From Yuukianura sp. NJ FZ-2021 (Eukaryota): a DNA stretch of 64,000 nt. Every line of letters begins with the position of its first letter. The stretch's first letter is position 1. The notes beneath the pieces are model-generated. The model had not been told where the DNA came from. It worked only from the letters and a program-made list of their open reading frames with translations, and did not search any database. The DNA is taken from positions 4,774,001 to 4,838,000 of the forward strand of contig CM102290.1 in NCBI GenBank assembly GCA_046563655.1, given 5' to 3'. The position numbers and the translations under genes were made by a program. Below, piece after piece: positions 22,514 to 34,500 of the stretch.

Positions 22514-23585
22514 CTATTTTTTAACGTAGTCAAGTAAATGAGGTTGGTGTACTGTCTTGTATTTCATTTTGGCGCGGAGACCCGTCACTAGTGTTGACGA
22601 CTGCGGAAATGCACTAACTCCTCCGAAGAAGGTGTCCGTCGCTGCACAGCAGAGTTACGAGTTAATTTTTGTAAGTGATAAACATCATGAACAGACTACC
22701 GATACTGCTTTTATTGCTTACCTGGGTCAAACCGCACAGCGTGTGGCTGAATGTGGATATTTGCAGGAAGGTCTTCCATTTTCTGGAGATCGTCATATGG
22801 CGTGCTTGTCTTAACGCTGGTATTATAGAATTTAGCAGCGTCTCCTAGATTGGCAAGTAATAAGATTTAGCAGGACTGGAGAGTTAAGTCTGAAGGGCTT
22901 ACGAATGGTGATGATGTGGTAGAGTAATGAGTTAGGCACCCAATGCTGAAACTCTTTCCCAGCTCGACTTAAAAAGTCATACTTGAAGGACGGGTCGGAG
23001 AGTTCAAAGTCTATTAGGTCATTTTCTGTAGCAGCCTGTAGTTTAGGATTCATTGACCTCGCCACCGATAGCAGTCGTTCAATTGAGTTTGGTGGGGCCT
23101 CATATCCTTTCTGGAAACGAAGGAACCTGCGGTAACGTAAATGACGGGTATTAGATTCATATTAACGCAAGACAGGTTAATGTAAGTTTTAAAACCTTTG
23201 GTCTGTAGACTAAAAGTCATTGTACTTACCCCCTTTTATTAAGTCCAGCTACGTCCAACTCAAACTTTCTACTGTTGATTTCTGCCATATCTTCAGGAAA
23301 TATTTTTGAGCCGGATACAGGTTCGTCTATCTTTAGTCTGGATGGGTCAACGATAGTTTCTTTCACTTTTTTCAGTTTCCATTTCTTTCCATAGGAAGTC
23401 GTCGTGGTATGGAAAGAGCGGCGAAGGCACTGTAACTGTTAAATGGCCAAACAATACCACTCATTAATAACAAACAACTCAAATAAACTACTAATCAGCT
23501 AAATCTTGAACAAAACATGTGACGGAACATAGTTAATACTTACGTTTCCCGGGAACAATAAGCGGTGGGTCACCGAGAGATTCAT
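22514..23585 (-). CDS. MRPL50: 39S mitochondrial ribosomal protein L50 (mL50), 5 exons
   Basis: Spliced model starts MNLSVTHRLLFPGN|LQCLRRSFHTTTTSY (mitochondrial presequence-like). It continues FLRFQKGYEAPP...LSDPSFKYDFL...EFQHWVPNSLLYHI...FYNTSV...LPANIHIQPHAVRFDP...FFGGVSAFPQSSTLVTGLRAKMKYK, matching recalled mL50 motifs. Confidence 0.82.
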
Positions 23586-23915
23586 CTTCCAGGTTACGTG
23601 TTTGTGTCGTGGCAGCAATCGTATTCTCAATTAGGTAATAGTTACTCGAGCCCTCGAGCGTAAACAGTGTTGACTTGAGAGTGAGAGTTGATCGGCAATG
23701 ATAATGAATTACCGATTTGGAGAAAGTTTTGTTATACCGGCACCCGGGCTACTTAAACTCCTCCTCTTCCGCAGTAGTAGTGGTTTTCCCTTCACGTACA
23801 CCGACGACGTAGACAAAAACAGAAATTTTCAAAACAAAAAATTAATCTAGAAAGCTCGAATTAATTTTAAACCGTGAGATTAATTGATTTCGGAATGGCG
23901 CCACAAAGAAAGGTG
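23586..23915. promoter_or_regulatory. Probable bidirectional promoter between MRPL50 (-) and MED13 (+)
   Basis: Divergent gene orientation. Contains the palindrome-like TTACTCGAGCCCTCGAGCGTAA (~23642-23663) and a YY1/Pho-like AATGGCG (~23894) just before a possible AAG|GTGGAT donor. Confidence 0.4.
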
Positions 23916-25590
23916 GATTTTAATTGGTCCTTTCTATTCGGTTGTTGATTGGTTCTCCTCGGCCTGTATAATTCTAAAATTTTCTATAAGCTAGCACTGC
24001 ATAGCCACAGGGTGATCATTCATGAAAGGCTTTTGTGCCAGTTTGTTCGCCCTGTAGCCGGGTATTTTCAGTTATACGCTACATGGGTGGAGCTGCTCCA
24101 CCACGAAGGTGGGGCCTCTCACTTACAATTATGAAAAAATGCCCCACCTTTGAAGATCACAACTGAAAGGAATCGACAGTAACCTATTTATTCAAGTTTA
24201 GCCTGAGTTAAGGTGGGAACCTCCGTTGTAACCACCACGATGCATTCCACAAATTCCATTCAATTCAATTCAGTTTATATGACTTCTCTTACTGAGTGTG
24301 CATGTTTTTCAGAATAAATGTTTTACAAATGATTATGTCGATTGACGAAAACTGATATTGTAGTGGAAGGTGTGTGATTAAAATATTTAACGTCTCCATT
24401 CATTGCATCTGGTGTATGCAATGAGTGGCGACACGAATACAAGGGTTGAGGTTTTTTGTTTCGTATTTCGAACATCAAGTGTAGTTATACAATACATGAA
24501 GTTGAACCGAGGTATGGGATGGACCGACTACTTCTCAGAAACCTATGTTAAGATTGGTATGGATCATAACTCTGAGGATTAGTCACTTTTTCCACACGGC
24601 AATTATACCGCGGTCCGAATTCACGAACATTTAGACAAGCACCTACCGGTTAAATTACTAAAAGAGTGCTAAACTAATTTAGCCACCCGACGGGTTAGAG
24701 CCGGCGGTGACACTGTATGGGTACATTGGATACAATTTCTTTTTGCTTCAACCGAAATTTGGAGCCCAAACAATTTGAAATTTTTTCAAAGGAAACGGCG
24801 GCGCAGAGACGACGTTTATGTTGGATCATACGGTACATTTAGGACTAAAGAATCTACATATGTTCACAGTATAACACGAGATATTACATATGTATCTTAT
24901 GTAGGAAAACAAGGCGTCGATATGTTGGATAGCAGCAGGTGAATGCGAGAGTTAAGTTGATTTTGGTGGGATTGATGTTAGTTTGGCCATAGGTGCAGGA
25001 GCATTAATTGTCATTGCGTTAATTGAGTAGTTAATTTGTAATTAATCGAGAGGTAGTGACGAGTCAAGGCCGGAGGGCAGTTGGTGAAAGTGTGAGATAC
25101 TTTAGCTGGTGGTGATAAGTGTAGTGGAGGAGGAGGGTTCTACTTTTGCCTTGGTGTATTCCTCCGCTCCACTCTGAGGACTCCTTCACCTTGCGTCAAA
25201 AGTTGAATTCAGTTCAACATTCAACATGAATTCTCTGATTCTCTATCCTCAAATGAGTCAAGGAGACAGTGTTAATCGTTAAACGATTACGTACAAAACA
25301 ACTAGCTCGGCTAATCAAAACTCACGCAGGTATCCGATCATCAATGGTCACCACGTCTCAGTTGAATACGTCGGACGCAACGGTGCCTCTTGTTCCTGCG
25401 ATGGCGACAAACGTTCACCTAGGAACACAAAACCAAAGTTAGTGGCTGTTCTTACAGTCACTAACGGTGAGAAGGGTCAAAACATTATTTTAAGTTAAAG
25501 AATCAGTGGGGACGTTGTTCCGAGTCTCCAGGAACTGTAATCGTTCACCTCCTTTCAGAGCAGTGAGAGGACAGATTTCAGCAGTTGATC

Positions 25591-28500
25591 ATGACGAATT
25601 CTAACAACGGAGCAACACTAGAGGACTGTCATTCAAACTTCTTTGCCTTGGTAAGCTGACTCGACTCCTAAACAAGGAAACAAATCATATTATTCAATAA
25701 TTGTTCACATTTAACATTACGAAAACTATGAACTTTTACATTCTTCATGCAATCTAGGAAAAAATGTCGTACGCACGTACTTGAACTTAAGGGATGTAGC
25801 AAATTGTAAGGAGAACTGAAACGTCGAATCACTGAAGAACGGATCAACTTTATGTCGACATGTACATTATTGCTGGAGTCGAACTTCCCTGGCACTGCCA
25901 GAGAAGTTCGGATTCAGCTTCGTGATTCCGGTACCAGTGATTCGGCGGTATCATCGGGAACATTCCCTATGATTCAAGACGCAACTAACCGGAAGTCTTA
26001 TGTCGCTACGAAGCTGAACAGTTTAGTCGTGTATGAATATGAACTATAACTAATTACTAACATGTTCATCTTAGGAAGGACATCAACGAGTTCACGCCGG
26101 ATTACATCCATGCCAAAAGGGACAAGTAGATCAAAGTCATAGTACGCAATACAGAAATCAAGAATGACTGCTTACTTTTGAAGTTCTATTCATTACATAG
26201 AACTACGAAGAAAATAGTTTTGCCAGTTCTGACTTCTATACGTTTGGGTACTACGGCTTTGCATCTATTACGTTTCTGTCCATGAATCCCTTGCATGCTG
26301 AACGGCACAGCAAGTGTACATAGAGGATGCCCTTAGTACCTCGATTGTAAAAACCTTACTCACTGTCCAGAGTTAGTGTTTTTCAGTCAACATGTTTTAA
26401 AAGTTCTCCAAATGCTTATAAGATGCACAAACAGAGTCAACTGATCGAACGTTGTAGTCAAAAGTGTTCAAACGATTCTTGAATTGTGTGTGGTTCTGAA
26501 GGGCTTTTAATACGGACACACGGAGGAAAAACAAATTAGATACTAAACTACGCAACTACTAGTATTACCCGCGACGCTAGCTTAGCTAGGATACCGGTTT
26601 CTTACTATCAATCCTAGGAGTGTAGAGAAACCCCATGCGAAATCTCCGCCTCCTTTATCAAGGCGCCTTCAAGCATCACCGCGGCATTCAAACCCCCCAT
26701 TCAAAGTCTGTGTTGTCAGTTGCCGTACACCTTACAATCACATGCTGCAAGAACCGGCGTGTAATGCATACTGTTCAGTATCTATTAGAGCAGTGTATAG
26801 CAAGGTCACTCAGAAAAGGCGCTGCTTCTTACTTGTGGACTAGAGGGTAAAGCGGTTACTTCTTGAGTTTTGACAATAATGTACAGATTTTGAATCCAGT
26901 CACCATTAAGAGCGTTTATTTTGGACACTGGAATAAAGGATTAAATGATGAGGAATCGATTACCGTTATACGTAATTATGGTTTAACTTTTTATGCGTCT
27001 CCAATAAGATAATGTGGCGCTCGTAGTGCTTGTTGAATTGAAAGGTTTGCAAAGTTGTTGACTGATTTGATAGCAGAATTGTGATTTACGTTTCTTATGT
27101 TTGTTTCAGACGGACCTCTGTGGAATCAAATGGCGTCGTCTAGTGTGGGATGGGACAATGGGTCCAGGTCAATCACATGGATCAATCTTCGGTCCACTGG
27201 ACGATCCAGTCATTTCATCTTTCGCAAGGTGTCTGTCCGCAGACGTTCTCTGCGTTTGGAGAAAATCTCCGAATGCGAAATTAGGCGGGTCACCCTTGAC
27301 CCCCAATGATCCGTTTCATGGGAATAATCCGCCTCCTCCGATGCATCAGCAGTCTCCAGGCATTGGACCCCCCTCCAACTACTTGCAGCATCACATACCG
27401 TCAAACATGATGGGCATTCCTCCTCATCCGCATATGAACATGATGGGACCGGCGGGTCATCTCCCGCCTCATCACATGACTGGACCATCTTATGCCCACC
27501 ATAACCATAACCATGCTCCGAATCATCACCCTCATGGAATGCACCCACAGCAACAAGGAACCAACGTCAATCATCCGCCGTTTTCGTCGTCACCTCCAAC
27601 GCTCAACGGACCCAAGGAACTCTGGTTGTTTTGGTACGGCGAAGATCCCGATCTCTCAAGTTTAGTGAATCCTCAACTACTCAAAGCTGGTAAGAACTTT
27701 ACTGAAGTGTTTTGACGCCAATTTTCTTGTTCTAGTATCTGGAATTCCGAATTTAATTTTGGTTTGATCGCAGGTTAGGTATTTTCGGTGAAGTACAAGA
27801 CAGTTCGAATCTCGTTAAAATTGGAACGAACTCTAAATTACTCACAAGAGGTTAAGGCAGATTAGGAACGATAAATGTGATAGGAAGATTTGGTTGATTG
27901 GATTGTGTTTTGGTTTAGACGAATTCCAAAATCAACTCACACTCAAATGCTAGTGAAATTGATTGATATCTGTTGTAAACAAGAGCTGTCATTACACAGT
28001 ACTTACTTGTGACAGAACTTGTGAGTAGCTTAGTTATGACAATCTTGCTCACATAGGCCATCCATCGATTCTTTCCAACGTAGAAACTTGTTGCTTTACC
28101 GACGACTGACAATGTACGAATTATTCTGGAGTTTGTGGTAGGGATTCCTCTTCATTTTGAGTTGAGAAATCGAAAGTCGTCATAGGAAGTACTGGTGTAT
28201 TTTGCGTTTTTATTACATGGACGATGTTACTACAAGTTGTAGTTTTAATTATGCATGAAGGAACCCAAATGTGTATCGTTTTGAGTAGGTTTGACTTGGG
28301 ACACAATGGTAATGTCATTAATCTCTTGCTCCACAAACAATTTTTCCGAAAACTTTCTCTTATTATTCGTTAATTCCTCTCAGTCAACAACTATTCCGTT
28401 GACGATTCTTTATCTCAGAACGCATTTTCCGCCTTGTAATTTGGGTTAATCTGATTTTTTATGGAAGATATCATAGATCTTCATCTGTTTTGTATAGAGT

Positions 28501-31500
28501 TTTTCAGGAAGCATTGAGGAATTCTACTAGATTCAACAGTTGTGTTTTCTAAAAATGAAACATTTTCAATTTTTAAATTTTGGTGAAGATTGCTTCTGTC
28601 CATACTTTGTTATGAAAGGAATCGTAAATGGGAAGGAGTTAAGAAAATGTAGAGTTTCTGTTGAATTCTTAAAGGAACTGTGTTCCATAATTCCCGAACG
28701 TTCTTTTAGGATGAAGTTGGAAGTTGTAGGAGTTCCTTGGAAAGACAGGAGGGAAGAGGGAAGTCATTCTGTAGAGTTCCATGATCCTATCGACTTACTA
28801 CGGGCAATATGCATATCAGACTCCACGCTTTCTCCACTTTCTCCGCTTTACCGGTTTCTGGGGTCTTCCTCTTCCTTTTCGGACCACTTTCCAGTCTTCT
28901 ACGCCGTTCGTCCTCTCCATGTCTTGATCTTCTTAGGAAGCGTCACACATTCTTACGCTCACCTCATGTACTAGGCATGTTCGCACCAAAAACTTCTTTT
29001 GGGAATTCAATCTCCCGAGTCCCAGTTCCTCCTTCATATGCAACATGTGCTTCGGTTTTTTGGAAAAGTTCCTTACTATACATGAATTTAGATCAAAAGA
29101 AAGTAGTTACATGGGTTTACACTAACTCTAATTCTGAGCCCAGAGTTTAATTGAAAACTAATTCATGCTCATGAAGCTTATTTAAAAGGATGCGTAATTT
29201 GGGGAATTATGTATTCAAGCTTCCACAGTCAACCGCATCGACCCAGACCGTGATGGTTGGATGAATTGGGCTGCTCAAGGAGCGGAATCTGTTTTCACTT
29301 TTTCCTGAAGCCATTGCATTACACCTTATAAAGTCTCTCTTTCCTTCTCTGTCTTGGCTTTGTAGGAACTTTCGATCAAAAAATCAATGGTGATGTACCC
29401 AAAAAGTTTTGGAGCGTCTTTCCTCGGTCTTTCAGTTACAACAGGATTTCCGAATCCGATTTCAAAGAAACAACGTAGAATGATGTGGTGGTTTAAGTAG
29501 AACTTTGCATATGGCAACCTGACCCACATCTCGGTAGTAAATAAGCTGGCTTCATCATGCCATCCGATTCTGAGCTCGTAGTTGGAAAAGCCATGTTACA
29601 TTCTGATGTTTTCACCTGCATGCACATACAGAAACACGAATACAGAAACAGAAACACGTCGCGAATTGCGATACGATAAAATGAATTGACACTTTATACC
29701 TGTTTAAATATGAGCTCTCTCATGGTCAATTGTTTCAGTCTACCTAATGACCAGATTAATTGAATAAAAATTGACTTTTGTTTTTTTATTTGCAGAAGCG
29801 GATCAAGGTTCCTGGGAGAGTGGCCTAACGTATGAATGCAGAACACTTCTCTTCAAAGCGTTGCACAATTTAATTGAAAGGTACTTAGAAATTCGGTATT
29901 GTGATTTTGTCGTAAAAGCGGATGTTTGATATTGGAATTATTCTGTATACTTGTAGGTGTCTGTTAGCAAGAGATTTTGTACGAATTGGAAAGTGGTTCA
30001 TTCAGCCCTACGATGACAGCCAGAGACCAGGGCTCAAAACGTTTCCGAGTCAACTCTCCTGCTCTTTTTCGTTTTTCGTTCACGGCGAGAGTACGGTGTG
30101 TATGAGCGTAGATGTTAGGCAACATCCTCCTATTCGAAGGGTTGGGAAGCATCATATCCTTTCCTGCCAGTCACCTACAGTCAATATGCCAGGTACGAAG
30201 AACTAATTGGAGTTAAACGTTAGCTAAGTCACAGTGAATGATTGCGAATGTTTATGTATTTGTAGTGATTCTTGCCCCGTACGGCCTTGCAGCTACGCTA
30301 ACTGGCGTAGGATATCGACTGAGTGACCCAGGGACTCACAAACTTCTTGAAGAGTGGAAGCACTTTTACCCTGTAGACGCTACTCTCAAGAATCCAATAT
30401 ACGATTCGTCTCCACCGACTGGCCCAGGTCCGCAGTCGTCTCCTCATCCACTCCATGGAACATTTGGCAGTGGCACCAACAGCAGCGCTGGTATCCCGCC
30501 AGTGCTGGAGGTCATTGTGGGGGGTATGGGTGGGGTCAGAATGAGGCACCCCGCTTGTTATGTTCTTACAACGGATATGGATGTACCAAAAATCACAGAA
30601 CCCCGTGCTATTTCTTCTCCCAACGCTCTAAAGGGGCGAGCAATGGTGTCTATAGATTCCGATTCAACAGCTCCTTCACGAGAACTCGGGGCAAAGGTGT
30701 CTGGACCAACGCAAGAAGTAAGTACTTCAGATGATTATTACTGGCATTGACACGCAATGTGATTCTTTTACATGAATTACACTGTAATTTGTGTTTTTTT
30801 AGGTTGAGAAATTAAAATGTCTGCTTCCAGAGAGAGTGTGGCAGGAGTGTATAATGTGTTGTTCAAAAGGAAATGCAGACACTTCAGGTTCCAGTAACCA
30901 ACTCACTGGAGTTGAAGTATCATCAAATCCAGGCTCTCATAGGGAATTGGTTGGCCAATGGGATTTTACAGATCCAACCAAAAAATCCATCTGCTCGTGT
31001 TCCACCAGGTAAACTAATTTTCTACTGCTACTGTGAGGACGTCGCGGGAAACCCTGTTCTAGATGTTGTTCGTTGCATTCCTTTGCGTCTGTCTCTTAGC
31101 TCTCAACCTTTTATTACTTGAATTTTGTTATTCTTTAAGTTATTGTTGCAGTTTTTCAGTTTTATTTTGTTTGTTTATTTTTTTGGTTACGACCTAGCAG
31201 ATCAAAACGATTACTTGGTGGAAGGTCGAATAATTCTTGGGCAAAAGGAAGTACAAAAACGAGAAGAAGTTTGTTCCACAAACGAAAGTCGCCGCTCTTG
31301 ATACTTGCGGACGGAAAGTCTAAGTACTGGGATTTAGGAGAGGAGGGCTTTACGCATGGATCGGCCACTGCGTCTAAGCTCACTTCAAATGCGAGTGGAA
31401 CAAACAAAGGACCTGATCAGTCCCAAACGCAAAGTAATCTCGCTTCTGGCAACTCCAGGTTAGTGATTTACAGCGAGGTCAAATCACTTGAGCCTACTAA

Positions 31501-34500
31501 TTGTACTCGGGTTCTTAACACGCGCCATTCACGCAACGCCTAATCACTCATGACCCATCATTTCTTTTGGTTTTGTATTTATTCTCTGCTTCTCTCAAGT
31601 TTCCTTTTATTTACGCTTTCTCAAACTACTTGTATTGGATTATGCACTAACAAATTCATTCCTGTTGTGGTACAGGATTGTGGGAGCTCCTGGAACGCCA
31701 ATTGGTGGACCACCCTCGAAACCTGGTCCAGGAAGCATCACAACCGGGCGGAATGAAGTGCCTGGAGCATCTCCTTCCGTCGCCCCGTCTCCTCTTCCAG
31801 TACCTGGAGGGCCACAGGCCTACACTGCCAGCATAACTTCATCAACTCGCGAACCTAATCAGCCGTCTACGAGTCCGCACTCATTCAACGCTGAGAAGCA
31901 TCCAGGTTCCATACTGGGACAGCCCGACAACAATATTCCAAAGTCCTTAGGAAATCAAGTGAGCGACTTTACTGATAACATGAAAAACAATTAATTCAGA
32001 CACTGAGCTAACCATGAAAAATGGTATCCGAACAGGTATTTTCTCCGTTGGTGAACTCATTTGATGTTCCAATAAAACAAGAGAGTATGGAGTTTCCTCA
32101 GACGCGTCCTAACTTTCCAAATCAAAATCAAACAAATACTGCTGTCAAAGGTGGAGATACTGTTGCAACTCAGCAGCCCAGTCGTACCTCACACAAACGT
32201 CAACTGCAAAGGCCAGTTCTGTTCACAAAAGAGTACGAACCTATTCTAATGGATGAGTATAAACAACAACCTTCAAGCGTAATATATGACCATGCGGGGC
32301 TAGATGCTTGGTGAGTTGACTATAGATTGCAATTATATTTACTTATATTTCTATAACGTATTTTTTACTGCAGGCTTCACAGGCCTAGTAAGATGGCAAA
32401 GATGAGTAGTTCACCTTATGTTTGGGGTCTGGGGATGAGCAAGCAAAATGATTCCTCTAGCTCTGAAGCGTCTTCTTCTTCTGAACTTCGCCAATATATC
32501 AAAGGAGAAAACGACCCATACGAATTCGACGACGAAAATCATCAAGCTCCTGCTGTCAACATGGAAGGACTCAAAAGAAAAGAGGAGAAAATAAAGGTAA
32601 ATGGGCTAGATTCAGATTTTACATGACTTAATTTATGACTGAGACTGAGAGTGGTGTGATGCTGCAAATATTGCAATGTTTAATTACATTATAGGAGGAG
32701 CCCAGAAATTCTCAATACGTTTACGAAAAGCCCCCAATCGTGGAGAGGAAGGCAGATCTTTTTACAAAGGCAGGATTAGAGCCTTCTTATAGTGATCTGG
32801 ATCAAATATTTGACAATTCCGATTCTTCTGGAGATGATGAAATTGTAATTGCCTTTACTAAATGAGTTTTGAATCTAATGTACCTGTTCATTGATTGTAT
32901 GGTTTGATTCCTCGTATAGCAACTGCAACCAACGCCTCCTGGATCAAATAAACCAAGCGATCACGAGGATAAAGGCATGACGCAACAAAATGCCAAGCAC
33001 AAATCAAGCCTAGGAATTCTGAGGCCTGAGGAGTTGTCCAAAATGTTTCCAACTCCTCCTTCTCATGAGCACAATCCAATTTCGTCACCTTGCGGACTCC
33101 CGGAATCTTCTTCTGGAATGGAACTTCTGGGTGACACGGAGAGGTGTATTCGAAGGCCGCTGGAAAATTATTCGGTCTTAGGAAGTCCTCCTGATGAACC
33201 ATCTGAAGTTAGGATTGAAGCACCATTCTTCATGAAGCACCTCCAACCAAACTCAAAACCAAATTCGTCTGACTGGTCCTTCGTCTACAAACCACCAACA
33301 ATTTACAAGATGTTGGGTTCTTCAAAATACGCTCCCCTTCTTCTTTTGCCCAGTCAACAACTTCCGTCACTCCAAATTCTACCAAACTCTACGTACAAAG
33401 CGTCTTGGCAATTTCCTCCAACACTTCCTCAGCCAACGCAGCCACCAATTCACCATCCACCGATTCCGCTCCAGCAGCATTCTGTGTGTATGGGAGTAGC
33501 CTTACCTGGGCAAATGCACTTGAGGCCCGGCCTTTCTCCAATTTCACCAGTTCCAAATACAATAAGGGGTAATGAGCGCATTAATAACCATTCCACAATC
33601 CAAAAAACGCATTAGTTACATATTTTTGTTGTGCAGGTTCCCACTCATTCGACTTGGGAAGTCCTCCGCCTGGAAGTATGTACCTGAAGCAAGGATCTGT
33701 AATGCAACATCCGCATGGTCCCCATGCCCTACCATCTCATCCTCACATGTATGGCTCACGCGGAGTAGAAGCAAATTCCCTGGTTGTCAATCTCTCATTA
33801 TCAGATTCTGTGATTAATCTCTTCCGCGATCACAACTTTGATAGTTGTACAATGTGCGTCTGTAACGCTGGAAATAGAGTTGTCGGAAATATTAGAGGTT
33901 CAGAAGTTGGAGTTTATATTCCGGATCTCAACCCAGAGGAAGATCCGGTTAGGTGTAACTGTGGATTCAGCGCCAGTGTCAATAGGAGGTACGATTTCAA
34001 ATTTACGTTACCGTAATACGAGCTCCCGTAATGTTGTCATATTGTACCTAATACGAGTATTTCTTTCTTATTTAGATTGGCGCACAGAGCTGGTCTGTTT
34101 TATGAGGACGAATTTGAGATTACAACGGCAGCTGCCTCTTCTGCGCTTCTCAATGATGACTTTTATGAACAGAAGAAACCGTCTCTGCTCCTCTTGGATC
34201 CAAAGTACCCGAATATGGCAGCTTTGATGGCTGACAAGGAAGCTGTAATGGCATCCAATGTGGTTGATTCACTGCCGCCATACCTGTTGGACATGTTACG
34301 AGAACAGTGTCTCTTATTATTTGGTTCCACAACTGCATCACGTTTTACTGGCGAAGTTATCCATCACAAGTAAGTAGTCCATTTTCCATACAATTGTTCA
34401 ACCAGTGTGGAGCAGTGTGAGAATGAGAACGTAACATATCCTCTGATTCTTGTTTAGATGGACGGAAAGAACTTACAATTTTCTGGAGTACCTGGATGGA

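Noticed and set aside
25123..25173. Hairpin (AGTGGAGGAGGAG...TTCCTCCGCTCCACT) as a pre-miRNA
   Set aside because: The stem is short, bulged and low-complexity; not supportable without small-RNA data.
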